In this document: positions 8,312 to 17,575 of the stretch, piece after piece
Numbering within the stretch: position 1 is the first letter of the stretch
Layout: every line of letters begins with the position of its first letter
DNA from: Lysobacterales bacterium
Lineage (GTDB): Bacteria; Pseudomonadota; Gammaproteobacteria; Xanthomonadales; SZUA-5
Reading direction: 5' to 3'
DNA length: 64,000 nt
Assembly (NCBI GenBank): GCA_022844165.1
Contig: JALHMH010000003.1
Coordinates: 32,001-96,000, forward strand
Notes under the pieces: generated by a model
What the model saw: only the letters and a program-made list of their open reading frames with translations
Databases searched by the model: none
Told to the model about the DNA's origin: nothing
Translations under genes and position numbers: made by a program

Positions 8312-10189
8312 ATGAAAGCGGCATCGGAGACGAACGTCGAACTGCACCAACGTGCTCTGTTTATGGCGGCGCTTGCGCACGCCTTTCGAAGCCGCCTGAA
8401 CGCGGTTCTGGGCAGTTTGGAGTTGGTTCGTCAAACCGATCTCAATCGCGAGCAATCGGGTTTCGTGGCGACGGCTGTTGACGAGGGGCGCGAGTTGTTG
8501 ACGCTGCTTAACGATGCGCTCGACGTCAATCGCATTGAAGCCGGCGAGGTTCGTCTCGACGACTTGCCCACCGATCCGGTGGCCATTGCGGAGGGTGCTC
8601 TGGGTGCTGTGGCCGCAAGACTCCACGAACGCGGTGTGGCGGCAGCGAGCGTGATCGATCCGCAAACGCCAGTGACGCTACGCGGCGATCCGGCGCGGCT
8701 GCGTCAAGTGTTGACCAATCTTCTCGCGAATGCGGCGAATGCGACGGATCTGGGCAGCATCATGTTAAAACTGCGTCCGCTGGCTTCGGACGTACGTGGT
8801 GAGCATCTGCAGTTTGAGATCATCGATACCGGGCGTGGGGTGCCTGAAGGCTTAAGGGAGGGACTGTTCGCGCCTTTCGTTCCGCAGGGTGGCCGGGCGG
8901 ACTGGCGTTCGACGAGCCTGGGATTGGGTTTGGCCTTGTGCCGACACCTGGTTCGAATGATGGGCGGCGACATCGAATACGAAGCCCGTCGCGGCGGCGG
9001 CAGCATTTTTCGCTTCGACGTCTGGTTGCGCCGCGACGCCGAATTCGAGCGCCTGGCGGACGTTGTTGGCGAAGCCCACGATCGCCGCGTGTTGTTGGTT
9101 GACAGCGATCAGGTTCGACGGGTGAGCTTCGCCGAACAGGTGCGTCGCTGGGGAATCCGTGTAAAGGTCGTCGCAGACGGCGAAGCAGCGTCGGTGCTGA
9201 TTCGAAGCGGTCAACGCTTTGATTTGCTGTTGGTGCATCAAGACGCGAATGGCGCCGCCGATGCGGTGGCCTGCAGCGCGCCATTGCGGGTTTCGGTGCT
9301 GGTGCCCGTTGGCCAATCGCCCGCCCAGGCGTTGGTCCCGCGCGACCGATCCGTGAGCTGGCTGTCGGCACCGATGCGGCGGCGCGCATTCGTCGATGCG
9401 TTGATGGGTCGCCCGGTGCCACTGATCGATTCGCCCGACCTTCCCGAGGCGACGCGCAGCACTCGCGCCAGAATTCTGGTCGTCGAAGACAGCGATGCGA
9501 ATCGCCGTGTCATGAGCGCACAGCTGGAGCGTCTTTCCTGCGACGTGGACGCCGTTGCCAACGGATCCGATGCCATCCGCCAGGTGAGCCAGCGCCGTTA
9601 CGCGTTGGTCCTCACCGATCTGGCTTTGCCCGATATGAGTGGACTCGATGTCGCTGTTGGCATCCGGCAACTGGGTGGCGACGCGGCCCGCGTACCGATC
9701 GTTGCCGTCACAGGCGGCACCCATCCGCGCGATCGCGAACGCTGTCTTGCGGCCGGTATGAACGACTATCTCGCCAAACCTGTGGCACGCGATGACTTGC
9801 GCCGAGTGGTTGAACGCTTTGTACCGAGAGACGGCGCGGTGCCAGTTTGGTCCCCAGCGGCGGTCGCCGAGATGGCCAGCGACTTTGGTGCCGAACGCAC
9901 GTACGACCTGGTGGCAGCTTTCGCACGGGAACTGGCGCAGCGACTGGACCGCCTGGCGATCGGGACCAGCGCCCAGCAAATCGGCCATGAAGCGCACGCG
10001 CTCAAATCCGCCGCGTTGGTTTTCGGCGCCGAGTCCTTGGGAAAAGCGGCGCTGGCGCTGGAGCAAAATTGTCGCAACGGCCTGATGGCCGACGTGCAGC
10101 AAGAGACACAAGACGTCGTTGCGTTGGGCCGGCAGGTGTACGCTGCGGTCCAGTCGTGGCTGGTAGACCGATCGGAGCAGAACCCTTGA
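8312..10189 (+). CDS. Cytoplasmic hybrid histidine kinase (HisKA-HATPase-pseudoREC-REC-Hpt) with no sensor domain
   Basis: AHAFRSRLNAVLG, RLRQVLTNLLANA, DTGRG, GLGLAL; REC VVEDS/LTDL/AKP; Hpt AHALKSAA. Confidence 0.9.
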   Translation: MKAASETNVELHQRALFMAALAHAFRSRLNAVLGSLELVRQTDLNREQSGFVATAVDEGRELLTLLNDALDVNRIEAGEVRLDDLPTDPVAIAEGALGAVAARLHERGVAAASVIDPQTPVTLRGDPARLRQVLTNLLANAANATDLGSIMLKLRPLASDVRGEHLQFEIIDTGRGVPEGLREGLFAPFVPQGGRADWRSTSLGLGLALCRHLVRMMGGDIEYEARRGGGSIFRFDVWLRRDAEFERLADVVGEAHDRRVLLVDSDQVRRVSFAEQVRRWGIRVKVVADGEAASVLIRSGQRFDLLLVHQDANGAADAVACSAPLRVSVLVPVGQSPAQALVPRDRSVSWLSAPMRRRAFVDALMGRPVPLIDSPDLPEATRSTRARILVVEDSDANRRVMSAQLERLSCDVDAVANGSDAIRQVSQRRYALVLTDLALPDMSGLDVAVGIRQLGGDAARVPIVAVTGGTHPRDRERCLAAGMNDYLAKPVARDDLRRVVERFVPRDGAVPVWSPAAVAEMASDFGAERTYDLVAAFARELAQRLDRLAIGTSAQQIGHEAHALKSAALVFGAESLGKAALALEQNCRNGLMADVQQETQDVVALGRQVYAAVQSWLVDRSEQNP

Positions 10190-11589
10190 GCGAACGCATG
10201 CAGACTCTGCTGGCGCAGGCCAGCGTGCTGGTGGTGGAAGACAGCGAGAGTTTGCGCTCTTTGTACCTGGCGTATCTGCGCCAACAGCCTTGGCGCAGCA
10301 GCGGCGTGGGCAGCGCAATGGAGGCGGCGGCCGCAATCGAGGCCGACCCACCAACGCTGGTCCTGCTCGATTTGCAGCTCCCGGATGCCGATGAGCTGGA
10401 GTTTCTGCGACTGTTGCGATCCCAGGCGCCGCAGATCGGTGTGGTCGTCGCCACCGGTCACGGCAGCGTCGATCTGGCCGTCGACGCACTGCGGCTGGGC
10501 GCCAGCGACTTTCTCGAAAAGCCGGTCAACAAAGATCGCCTGATCCAGACTTTGCGTAATGCGCTCGAGCGGCTGGTGCTTGAACGACAAGTGACGCAGC
10601 TGTTGCAAACGGAACACCGCGAGCGCTTTCACGGATTCATCGGCCGCAGTCTGGCGATGCAAGCGGTGTACCGGACGATTGTTGCGGCGGCGCCCAGCCG
10701 GGCGACAGTCTTTATTACTGGCGAAAGTGGCACCGGCAAAGAAGTCACGGCACGTGCGATACACGCCGAAAGCCCGCGGCGGAGCGGCCCATTCGTCGCG
10801 CTCAACTGCGCGGCAATTCCTCGCGATCTGATGGAAAGCGAATTGTTCGGTCATCAAAAAGGGGCCTTCACCGGCGCTCAGCAGGCGCGCGAGGGTGCCG
10901 CCGAGCAGGCGGACGGCGGCACCCTGTTTCTCGACGAAATCGGCGAGATGAATCTGGAGCTGCAAAGCAAGCTGTTGCGCTTTCTGCAAACGGGCGAGGT
11001 CAAGCGTTTGGGCGCAAATCAGGAGCGCCGCGTGGATGTTCGTTTTTTGTGCGCAACCAATCGCGATCCCTGGGCCGAAGTGCAAGCCGGTCGTTTTCGC
11101 GAAGATCTGTACTTCCGCCTGCACGTGATCCCGCTGCATTTGCCGCCGCTGCGGGAACGCGAAGAGGACGTGGTGTTACTCGCCGAGGAGTTTCTGGCGC
11201 GTTTCGCCGCCGAAGAAGGTCGGCGCTTCAGCGGATTCAGCGCGGCCGCGCGGGAGGCATTGCTGCGCCACCCGTGGCCGGGCAACGTACGTGAACTGGA
11301 AAACGTCGTTCGCCAGGTCGTGGTCCTTAACAACGGGGGCGAAATCGATGCCGACCGGCTGTTGCTGGACTCGCGCCGCTGGTCGCGCGAGATGCAGCAA
11401 CCAGCGACGGCGCCGCTCGATGCCCAGCGAGCATCCGCTGGCCCCATCGAGCCGCTGGCGCTCACCGAACGCCGTGCCATCGAAAACGCCATCACACTTT
11501 GCCGCGGCAATGTTCCCGAGGCGGCGCGGCGACTTGAGGTTGCGCCTTCGACGTTGTATCGCAAACTTGCGCAATGGAGCGACGGTTGA
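10186..11589 (+). CDS. Sigma54-dependent response regulator, LuxO-like (REC-AAA+-Fis HTH)
   Basis: GESGTGKE, GAFTGA, WPGNVRELEN; LuxO-like GFIG linker, ATNRDPW and PSTLYRKLAQW; TTG start overlaps the kinase stop (alternative ATG 10198). Confidence 0.92.
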   Translation: MSERMQTLLAQASVLVVEDSESLRSLYLAYLRQQPWRSSGVGSAMEAAAAIEADPPTLVLLDLQLPDADELEFLRLLRSQAPQIGVVVATGHGSVDLAVDALRLGASDFLEKPVNKDRLIQTLRNALERLVLERQVTQLLQTEHRERFHGFIGRSLAMQAVYRTIVAAAPSRATVFITGESGTGKEVTARAIHAESPRRSGPFVALNCAAIPRDLMESELFGHQKGAFTGAQQAREGAAEQADGGTLFLDEIGEMNLELQSKLLRFLQTGEVKRLGANQERRVDVRFLCATNRDPWAEVQAGRFREDLYFRLHVIPLHLPPLREREEDVVLLAEEFLARFAAEEGRRFSGFSAAAREALLRHPWPGNVRELENVVRQVVVLNNGGEIDADRLLLDSRRWSREMQQPATAPLDAQRASAGPIEPLALTERRAIENAITLCRGNVPEAARRLEVAPSTLYRKLAQWSDG

Positions 11590-11596
11590 GCGCCAG

Positions 11597-12454
11597 TTAT
11601 TCGGCTGCTACTGTGAGCGTGAGCGTGTCTTCGTATCGCCCCGCAGCGCGCCGTTCCACCTCGCCGATCTGAATTTGCAGCTCGGCGCGCGACAGCGCAC
11701 CGCGACGATCCAACAACAGATTGGAGGCGCCGTTGATGCGGCGGCCATCGACGCTGAGCGCATAAGGAATGGTCCAGCCGCTGCGGTCGGGAATTCGCAG
11801 CTCGCCCCAGCGCTGTTCGATGCTGAGCTGAGCCGCGGCGTTGCCGCGGACCTCAACGGCCAGTCCATGAACGCTGCCGGTGCGCAATTCGCCCAGGTCG
11901 AAGTGGGTTTGCGTGCCGGCCAGGGGCGCACGCAATCCCGCCGCGACGATATCGACACTGAGAATGGCCGGCACCTGGACGGTCAGGTTCGTGTCCGCCT
12001 GTGCGAGCGGGCTAGCGATCAACGAGGCGCTATCGAACAAACGCCAGCGCAGGCGCAGGCGTGCCGGCCCCGCTTCGAAAGGCACGCCCTGAGCTGACCA
12101 TTGCAAGGTCGGCTGCAGCGTCGCGTTGCCTTGCGCGTCCGCGACCACCGGCAACAGCGCCAGCCCGCCACCCGGCACAAATCCGACCTCGGCACCATTG
12201 GGGCCAGTGCGGATGACTGCTGTTGAATCGGGATGGTCCAAAGGAGCGGCCTCCACGCCGAGCGACAGCGGTGGGCAACCCGTCATGCCGCTAATGCGCG
12301 CGCTCAACGTCTCTTGCAATCGCCCGCCTGCTGCAAGTTCAGCACCAAACCAGCTGGCAACCGGTTGATCTGCAGCGACTTGCAATCGCGGCTGACAAGT
12401 TGACGCGGTTTGCATGTTCAGCGCGGACAGCAGGGCGATCCATGCGGCATTCAT
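11597..12454 (-). CDS. Putative pilus tip adhesin/minor pilin (two-domain)
   Basis: Last gene of the pilus operon, signal peptide, pilin-type C-terminus AGRYEDTLTLTVAAE. Confidence 0.7.
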   Translation of the reverse strand: MNAAWIALLSALNMQTASTCQPRLQVAADQPVASWFGAELAAGGRLQETLSARISGMTGCPPLSLGVEAAPLDHPDSTAVIRTGPNGAEVGFVPGGGLALLPVVADAQGNATLQPTLQWSAQGVPFEAGPARLRLRWRLFDSASLIASPLAQADTNLTVQVPAILSVDIVAAGLRAPLAGTQTHFDLGELRTGSVHGLAVEVRGNAAAQLSIEQRWGELRIPDRSGWTIPYALSVDGRRINGASNLLLDRRGALSRAELQIQIGEVERRAAGRYEDTLTLTVAAE

Positions 12455-14844
12455 GGCGACAATGTTCCAAGGTCAATGGTGCCGCGCGCGTCCGCGGGTA
12501 TTTGCAGCAGGTGGCGGCGAACGGGCCGTGTTTGCAGCGTCAATTGCCAATCGCCTGCGATCAGTCCCTGCGCGCGCAATCGACCATCCCGCCCGACGAA
12601 TACCGGCATGGCGTCGCCGCCAGCCTGCGGTTGCAGCTGCCCGGCCACCATCGACAACGGCTCTCCGCTCGCATCGACGATTTGTAGCAAAAGCCCGATC
12701 GTCGGTCGACCACCGGCGGCGACCACAACGCCGCCCTTGTAACCAGGGCGAACCACCGGAAACAAATTGCCCGGATCGCGATCGGCAGGCAACTCAGGCA
12801 ACGACAGCGCCAGTGCCCGCGGCTCGTATGCGCGCAGGTTGGCCACCACCGCAGGCCCCGGCCCCAGACTGCTGGCGAGATAATCATCTTCCACCGGATT
12901 GACATAGACCGGCCCGGAGGCGCGCGAATCCCAGGGGTCGATGACGGCAAAACCACCCTGGACTTGTTCGGTCATCCCAAAGACGCCATCGGCGAATACC
13001 AGCGCTGTGCGGACTGCGAGCCGGGTATCGCGACTCGACGTTCCGTCCGGCGCCGACAATTGTGCGATCGCCAGATCGGCGCCAACGCGTTCGTGCCGCC
13101 AGCCGACGGCGCCATCACGAACTGCGCCGAGATCGCTGCGCGATTCGCCGAGGTTGGCGACGTATCCGCCGCGCTGGTTCTGCCGATTGAATTGCCATCG
13201 GGCACCATATCGCGAGAGCTCCGATTCTGCCTCGACTTGCAGCGCCTGCCGCGCCTCGTCGAACAACCAGTTGAAACTGACGTTGATTCGCCTGTCGACG
13301 GTGCCAGAAACATCCGCTTGCTCGATTCCGATCCGCAACCCCAGACCACGCCCGAAACGACTGGCCCACTGAGCGCTGAAAGCGTACTCGTTCGATGGAT
13401 CGCCTGACCATCGTGCGCGAGCACCAAGGGTCAACTGGTGGCGATCGCGTAGGGTCCGGCTGCTGCGCCACTGCGCTTGCAGCGTTCGGGCGCCTGGCGT
13501 TGAGGCACTCAGCAGCTCGGCGTAACCGGCCTGGCGCCATCCCAGCGCGCCCTCGTGTTGCCAACCCGGCATGGCGTCGGCACCATCGGTCAGACGCCAG
13601 CGCAGATCGGCGCGGCAGCCCTGCGCGTCGGCATGGGCACACGCCACAGCCGCGCCCGTCAGCCACCGTCCCCACGCCTGAGTCAGGCTGATCTCAAGGC
13701 TGTGCTGCTGAAGTTCTGGAATGCTTGCCACGCCAAGTCCCAATGTTGTGCGCGGACCCAGGCCGCGGCCGTAATCGGCAGCGAGTACCCAAGGCCGGAC
13801 GATCGCGTTGTCGAGCAATGCCGGCAAGGCCATCTGCCCGACGCTGATGCTCTGCCGCACGCGACCGGCATGGAGCAACGCGAGATCTACGAAAGCCTCA
13901 ATGAACCGACTCTGGGTGCGCCCCGCCGCATCCGTGATGCGCAGCTCAGCGGCATTCGGGCCGAACCCCAGCGGAAAATCGGAAAGCCGATAGCGCCCGG
14001 CCGGCAAGTCGTAACTCTGCACAATCCGCCCATTGACCAACACCTCCACCTGCGCCGGTTGTTGCAGTTCCAGCGGCGCATCGAGATTCGGCGCAAAACT
14101 TTCGTTTGGCGCAAGCTCGAACGAGGTACCCACACTCAACCCGCGCAAGGCAGGCAAAAAAAGCCCCCCTGCGCGCGCCTCCGACAGATCGCCCAGACGC
14201 CAGCGACGCAGTTCATCTGGGCGGTCGTAGACCAGGGAGCGAAGCCCCGGAAGGCAGCGCCCCTCAGTGCACAAACCATCGAACTCCAGGGTCTTGCCGA
14301 ACGCGCGTACCGCGCCATCGAAACCCAAACCGCGATCCTCAAAACGCCCGGCATCCTGCGAACTGCGACGTACGGCAGCACTGAGATTCAGATAGGCCGA
14401 GACCGCTGCGTCGCCAGCCACCGTCGTGGCCGCCTGGCGGGGACGCAACTGCAAACTTTGGACGCGCCTCAGGCTCGGTTCGATACTTGCGAAGACGAGC
14501 AGCATTCCTGGGTCGTAGCGCAGGGCGATGCCACATCGTTGCGCCAAGGCCAGCGGGTTCTCGTGTGGCGGCTGCAAACAGTCGAGCGCCGATTGCTCCA
14601 GCACATCGGCCAGGCGATCCCGCAGCTGGCTGAGATTGACGCCGATCAGCCGATGGCCCTTGACCTTGACCTCGACAGGATCGAGGCGTTGTCCATTCAA
14701 ATCCAGGTCCGCGGACAACGCTTGCTCCCGCTCCGCACGTTTCCCGAACACCTGTTCGCGCAAAGACTCGTTAGTCGTCTGCGCCGCGAGGCCGGTGCAA
14801 ACCGCCAGGAAAATGACAGCAACAAGCGTCTGGTTGAGGGACAT
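12451..14844 (-). CDS. Fimbrial outer-membrane usher
   Basis: ~800 aa; RRWRLGDL, LRGLSVG, QVEVLVNG...LPAGRYRLSDFPLGFG usher motifs; alternative TTG start at 14880. Confidence 0.88.
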   Translation of the reverse strand: MSLNQTLVAVIFLAVCTGLAAQTTNESLREQVFGKRAEREQALSADLDLNGQRLDPVEVKVKGHRLIGVNLSQLRDRLADVLEQSALDCLQPPHENPLALAQRCGIALRYDPGMLLVFASIEPSLRRVQSLQLRPRQAATTVAGDAAVSAYLNLSAAVRRSSQDAGRFEDRGLGFDGAVRAFGKTLEFDGLCTEGRCLPGLRSLVYDRPDELRRWRLGDLSEARAGGLFLPALRGLSVGTSFELAPNESFAPNLDAPLELQQPAQVEVLVNGRIVQSYDLPAGRYRLSDFPLGFGPNAAELRITDAAGRTQSRFIEAFVDLALLHAGRVRQSISVGQMALPALLDNAIVRPWVLAADYGRGLGPRTTLGLGVASIPELQQHSLEISLTQAWGRWLTGAAVACAHADAQGCRADLRWRLTDGADAMPGWQHEGALGWRQAGYAELLSASTPGARTLQAQWRSSRTLRDRHQLTLGARARWSGDPSNEYAFSAQWASRFGRGLGLRIGIEQADVSGTVDRRINVSFNWLFDEARQALQVEAESELSRYGARWQFNRQNQRGGYVANLGESRSDLGAVRDGAVGWRHERVGADLAIAQLSAPDGTSSRDTRLAVRTALVFADGVFGMTEQVQGGFAVIDPWDSRASGPVYVNPVEDDYLASSLGPGPAVVANLRAYEPRALALSLPELPADRDPGNLFPVVRPGYKGGVVVAAGGRPTIGLLLQIVDASGEPLSMVAGQLQPQAGGDAMPVFVGRDGRLRAQGLIAGDWQLTLQTRPVRRHLLQIPADARGTIDLGTLSP

Positions 14845-14876
14845 GCCTGATCCTGGTCGGTGCTGCGCACCTCTGA

Positions 14877-15599
14877 TCAATCGCCCGGTGGCAACCGCAA
14901 TTCGATCGCCAGCGGTCCGCCATCGAGCGCTTCGCTCCAGGGGACCCTGAGCTCACGCTCGGCGCCTGCAAGAACATTCTTGCCATGCACTGCCTCGCGC
15001 TGCTCGGCGTTGAATTCGAGAACGCGCTCGCCAGCGCTGATAACGAACATTGGCGCTTGCACGATCGCATGCGCGTTGCCGTCGTTCTTCAAACGTACCA
15101 GCGCGTAGCGAGTGTCGGCGGCCTCTTCCCGGCTGATCTGTGCACTGACCCGCGCGTCGGGCTCCGCGGGCCGCACATACAATGCCGCAAGGTATTTGAC
15201 CATCAGGCGCAAGCCACTGCGCTCCGCGCCGTCGCCAAGATCGATGGGCAGTTGTTCGGCCATGAGCCGATAGGCGATTTCCGTTGCTGGCTGTTCGCTG
15301 CCGGTCCATTGCACACGCACGCTCTGCGTTTCGCCGGGCTGCAGAACAATTTGATCCGGATAGATGTTGAAGTCGTCCGGTGCTGCTGTCAGCACATCGC
15401 TGCCATCGATGGCCATGTTGCGACGATGCACGGACAACTCGATCGCTGCCGGCAAAGCGCCGCCGTTCTCGACCTTGAACGTTTGTACGGCCAGGCGGGA
15501 GGGCCCGAATTCCGCCTCAATCGGCGTGAGTTTGAACGCATGGGCCGGAAGAGCTGCCGCCAATACGACCAGGCTTAGGTAGCGGATGAGCGAAGTCAT
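14877..15599 (-). CDS. Fimbrial assembly chaperone (PapD-like)
   Basis: Signal peptide, YPDQIVLQPGETQSVRV, AYRLMAEQLP, LKNDGNAH; GGAGG RBS before ATG 15599. Confidence 0.88.
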   Translation of the reverse strand: MTSLIRYLSLVVLAAALPAHAFKLTPIEAEFGPSRLAVQTFKVENGGALPAAIELSVHRRNMAIDGSDVLTAAPDDFNIYPDQIVLQPGETQSVRVQWTGSEQPATEIAYRLMAEQLPIDLGDGAERSGLRLMVKYLAALYVRPAEPDARVSAQISREEAADTRYALVRLKNDGNAHAIVQAPMFVISAGERVLEFNAEQREAVHGKNVLAGAERELRVPWSEALDGGPLAIELRLPPGD

Positions 15600-15619
15600 A
15601 GAGTTCCTCCAAGAGCTGA

Positions 15620-15680
15620 GCCCGGCGTTGCCGGGCAAGGTTAGGATCGCTCGACGCGGCCGGCAATGGGCGCCGGCCGC
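15620..15680 (-). terminator. Two GC-rich hairpins after the major pilin gene (mRNA stabiliser or partial terminator)
   Basis: GCCCGGC-gtt-GCCGGGC (15620-15636) and GCGGCCGGC-aatgggc-GCCGGCCGC (15656-15680). Confidence 0.5.
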
Positions 15681-15694
15681 ATCATTCGTGGTCA

Positions 15695-16162
15695 TCAGCT
15701 GGCAGCGATGGTGACCGTTACGGTGTCGCTGTAGCTGCCGGCCGGCAATTGGTCCTGACCGTCGACATTCACCGTCAACTCGTAGGCAGCGTTCCACTGC
15801 GGATCGGGGCGCGGGAGCAATGCGTCTGCGGCGAGGCTGTGGTTGCCGATCGAATCGTAGTTGATGCGATACGCGCTCTCTGCATCGCGTGGTCCAATCA
15901 TCTTGCCGCCGCGGTCGCTGGTGAAACTGACCGAGTAGCCATCCGGATCGTTGCAGGTTTCCGTGACCTTGCCGACCGCACGGTTGGTTTCGCCGGTCAC
16001 CAGATCCAGGTTGGTGCCGTAGTCGACAACACCAATCTCGCACAGGTCGCCGACGGTGCCTTTGATGATGATCTGACCGCTGGTCGAGCTGGCTGCGAAT
16101 GCCGAGTTGCCGAACGCCAGTGCGGCGACCAAAGCGGAAGCGGAGAGAAGACGTGTGTTCAT
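15695..16162 (-). CDS. Major pilin subunit (chaperone-usher)
   Basis: AAGGAG RBS, signal peptide MNTRLLSASALVAALAFGNSAFA, two Cys, C-terminal AGSYSDTVTVTIAAS. Confidence 0.85.
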   Translation of the reverse strand: MNTRLLSASALVAALAFGNSAFAASSTSGQIIIKGTVGDLCEIGVVDYGTNLDLVTGETNRAVGKVTETCNDPDGYSVSFTSDRGGKMIGPRDAESAYRINYDSIGNHSLAADALLPRPDPQWNAAYELTVNVDGQDQLPAGSYSDTVTVTIAAS

Positions 16163-16219
16163 GGTAAAGCTCCTTAGTGAGGTTGTTTGGGCCCCGGTGG
16201 ATCCGGGCACGGACCTCTT

Positions 16220-16236
16220 ATCAAATCGCGTGCCAA
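16220..16236 (-). promoter_or_regulatory. Sigma54 (-24/-12) promoter of the pilus operon
   Basis: TTGGCACGCGATTTGAT: TGGCAC-N5-TTGA, correct GG-N10 spacing, with A instead of C at -12. Confidence 0.7.
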
Positions 16237-16251
16237 CCTTCTGACATCGCA

Positions 16252-16264
16252 TAAAATATTGATA
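16252..16264 (-). promoter_or_regulatory. IHF binding site
   Basis: TATCAATATTTTA matches WATCAANNNNTTR; lies in an AT-rich patch between enhancer and sigma54 promoter. Confidence 0.65.
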
Positions 16265-16321
16265 TATAAGCACTTTTTTCGAAAATCCTCGAACCGCCTT
16301 CTCCCGAAAACGCCGCAGTCA

Positions 16322-16355
16322 TTGCAAAATGCAAAACGCGCGACGCAGATTGCGA
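16322..16355. promoter_or_regulatory. Tandem LuxO-type enhancer boxes
   Basis: TTGCAAAATGCAA (16322-16334, equals TTGCA-W3-TGCAA) and degenerate ACGCAGATTGCGA (16343-16355), 21 bp apart. Confidence 0.7.
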
Positions 16356-16396
16356 AGCGGCGATACACTGGTTACCCCAACGCGCAGGAGACCGCT

Positions 16397-17518
16397 ATGT
16401 CGATGGATCGCCGCTCATTTCTTTGGACCAGCGCTGCGCTCGCCGCGATGGCGTCCAGCCGCGCCGAGGCGGCCATGGGCAAGGGCCTGGCCGAACACGC
16501 GCAGCGGGCGGATGGCTCGTATGCCGTTGTGGATCTGAAAAAGCCGGTGATCACGCTCGGTGTGGTGCAGTCGCGAATCAAAGCGATCGATGCGGCGAAG
16601 AATCGGCATGCCAAAGAAATGCGCGCCAATCTCGATCACATGTTGAGCTTGATCGACGCCGCGTTCTATTACGGTGCGCCACCCGATGTGCTGTTCTTCC
16701 ACGAATTCCCGCTGTCCGGCTGGAAGAAATGGACTCGCGAGGAAATTCTGCGTTTTGCGATCGAAATTCCAGGGCCGCAGACCGAGGAGATCGCGAAGAA
16801 AGCCAAACAATATGGTTGTTACATCGTATTCGGCGCCTACGCCCAGGACGCCGCCTGGAAGAACCATGTGCTGAGCATCACCACGATCATCGGGCCCGAT
16901 GGCAATATCGTCGACAAACACTGGAAAGCGCGCAACATCAAGGGTGTGTTCCCAGGCTTCGAACTGTTCACGACCACGATTTACGATGTGCTCGATCAGT
17001 ACATCGAAATGTATGGCGTCGATGCGGTGATCCCGGTCACGCGCACGCCGCTCGGGAACTTTGCAACCAGTTCCGTGCAGCGCGAACCGGAGCTGTTCCG
17101 GGCGATGGCGCTCAAGGGCGCAGAGATCATGTTGCGCACGGCATCGGGCGGATTCACGCCGCTCGATATCCAGGCCACGAGCCTCTACAACGATGTGTAC
17201 ACGGCCATCGTCAACAACGCCGCCTCACCCGGCAACTGGCCGTTTTTCGAAGATTCCGGCAGCGGTGGCACGGCGGTGTATGGGCCAGACAGCAAGGCCA
17301 TCGCGGAAGCGAACGGCAAGCTGGAGCAGCTGGTGACAGCGCGTATCCCGATGGCCGAGTTTCGCGCCCGCCACCGCCAGCCGATCGTGCACTGGGAGAT
17401 GTTTGCGCCGGTGTTCGCCGGCTATCGAAGCAAGTACGGGCCAAATTTGTTTAGTGACTACCAACCGACGGATTTGCTCGATGCCGCACGTCATCTTAAA
17501 GATAAATCGCGCTGGTAA
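16397..17518 (+). CDS. Tat-exported nitrilase/carbon-nitrogen hydrolase-fold protein
   Basis: DRRSFL twin-Arg signal; FFHEFP, KHWK, EPELFRAMALKGAEIML; CAGGAG RBS. Confidence 0.8.
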   Translation: MSMDRRSFLWTSAALAAMASSRAEAAMGKGLAEHAQRADGSYAVVDLKKPVITLGVVQSRIKAIDAAKNRHAKEMRANLDHMLSLIDAAFYYGAPPDVLFFHEFPLSGWKKWTREEILRFAIEIPGPQTEEIAKKAKQYGCYIVFGAYAQDAAWKNHVLSITTIIGPDGNIVDKHWKARNIKGVFPGFELFTTTIYDVLDQYIEMYGVDAVIPVTRTPLGNFATSSVQREPELFRAMALKGAEIMLRTASGGFTPLDIQATSLYNDVYTAIVNNAASPGNWPFFEDSGSGGTAVYGPDSKAIAEANGKLEQLVTARIPMAEFRARHRQPIVHWEMFAPVFAGYRSKYGPNLFSDYQPTDLLDAARHLKDKSRW

Positions 17519-17575
17519 GCTGGCACCCGCATTTGCGCCAGCGCGTTTGTCGAGCCTGAAAACAGAGAGAAACCC

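Noticed and set aside
6726-8315. Long antisense/overlapping ORFs (e.g. 6726-8315, 8852-10489, 3230-4720, 13555-14850)
   Set aside because: Shadow ORFs of high-GC genes with no recognisable motifs
16163-16396. A Qrr-like sRNA downstream of the LuxO box
   Set aside because: The sigma54 promoter points straight into the pilin RBS ~45 nt away; no Qrr core sequence or U-tailed terminator is visible
17521-17536. TGGCAC...TTGC sigma54-like site before the metalloprotease
   Set aside because: GG-to-GC spacing is 11 nt rather than the strict 10
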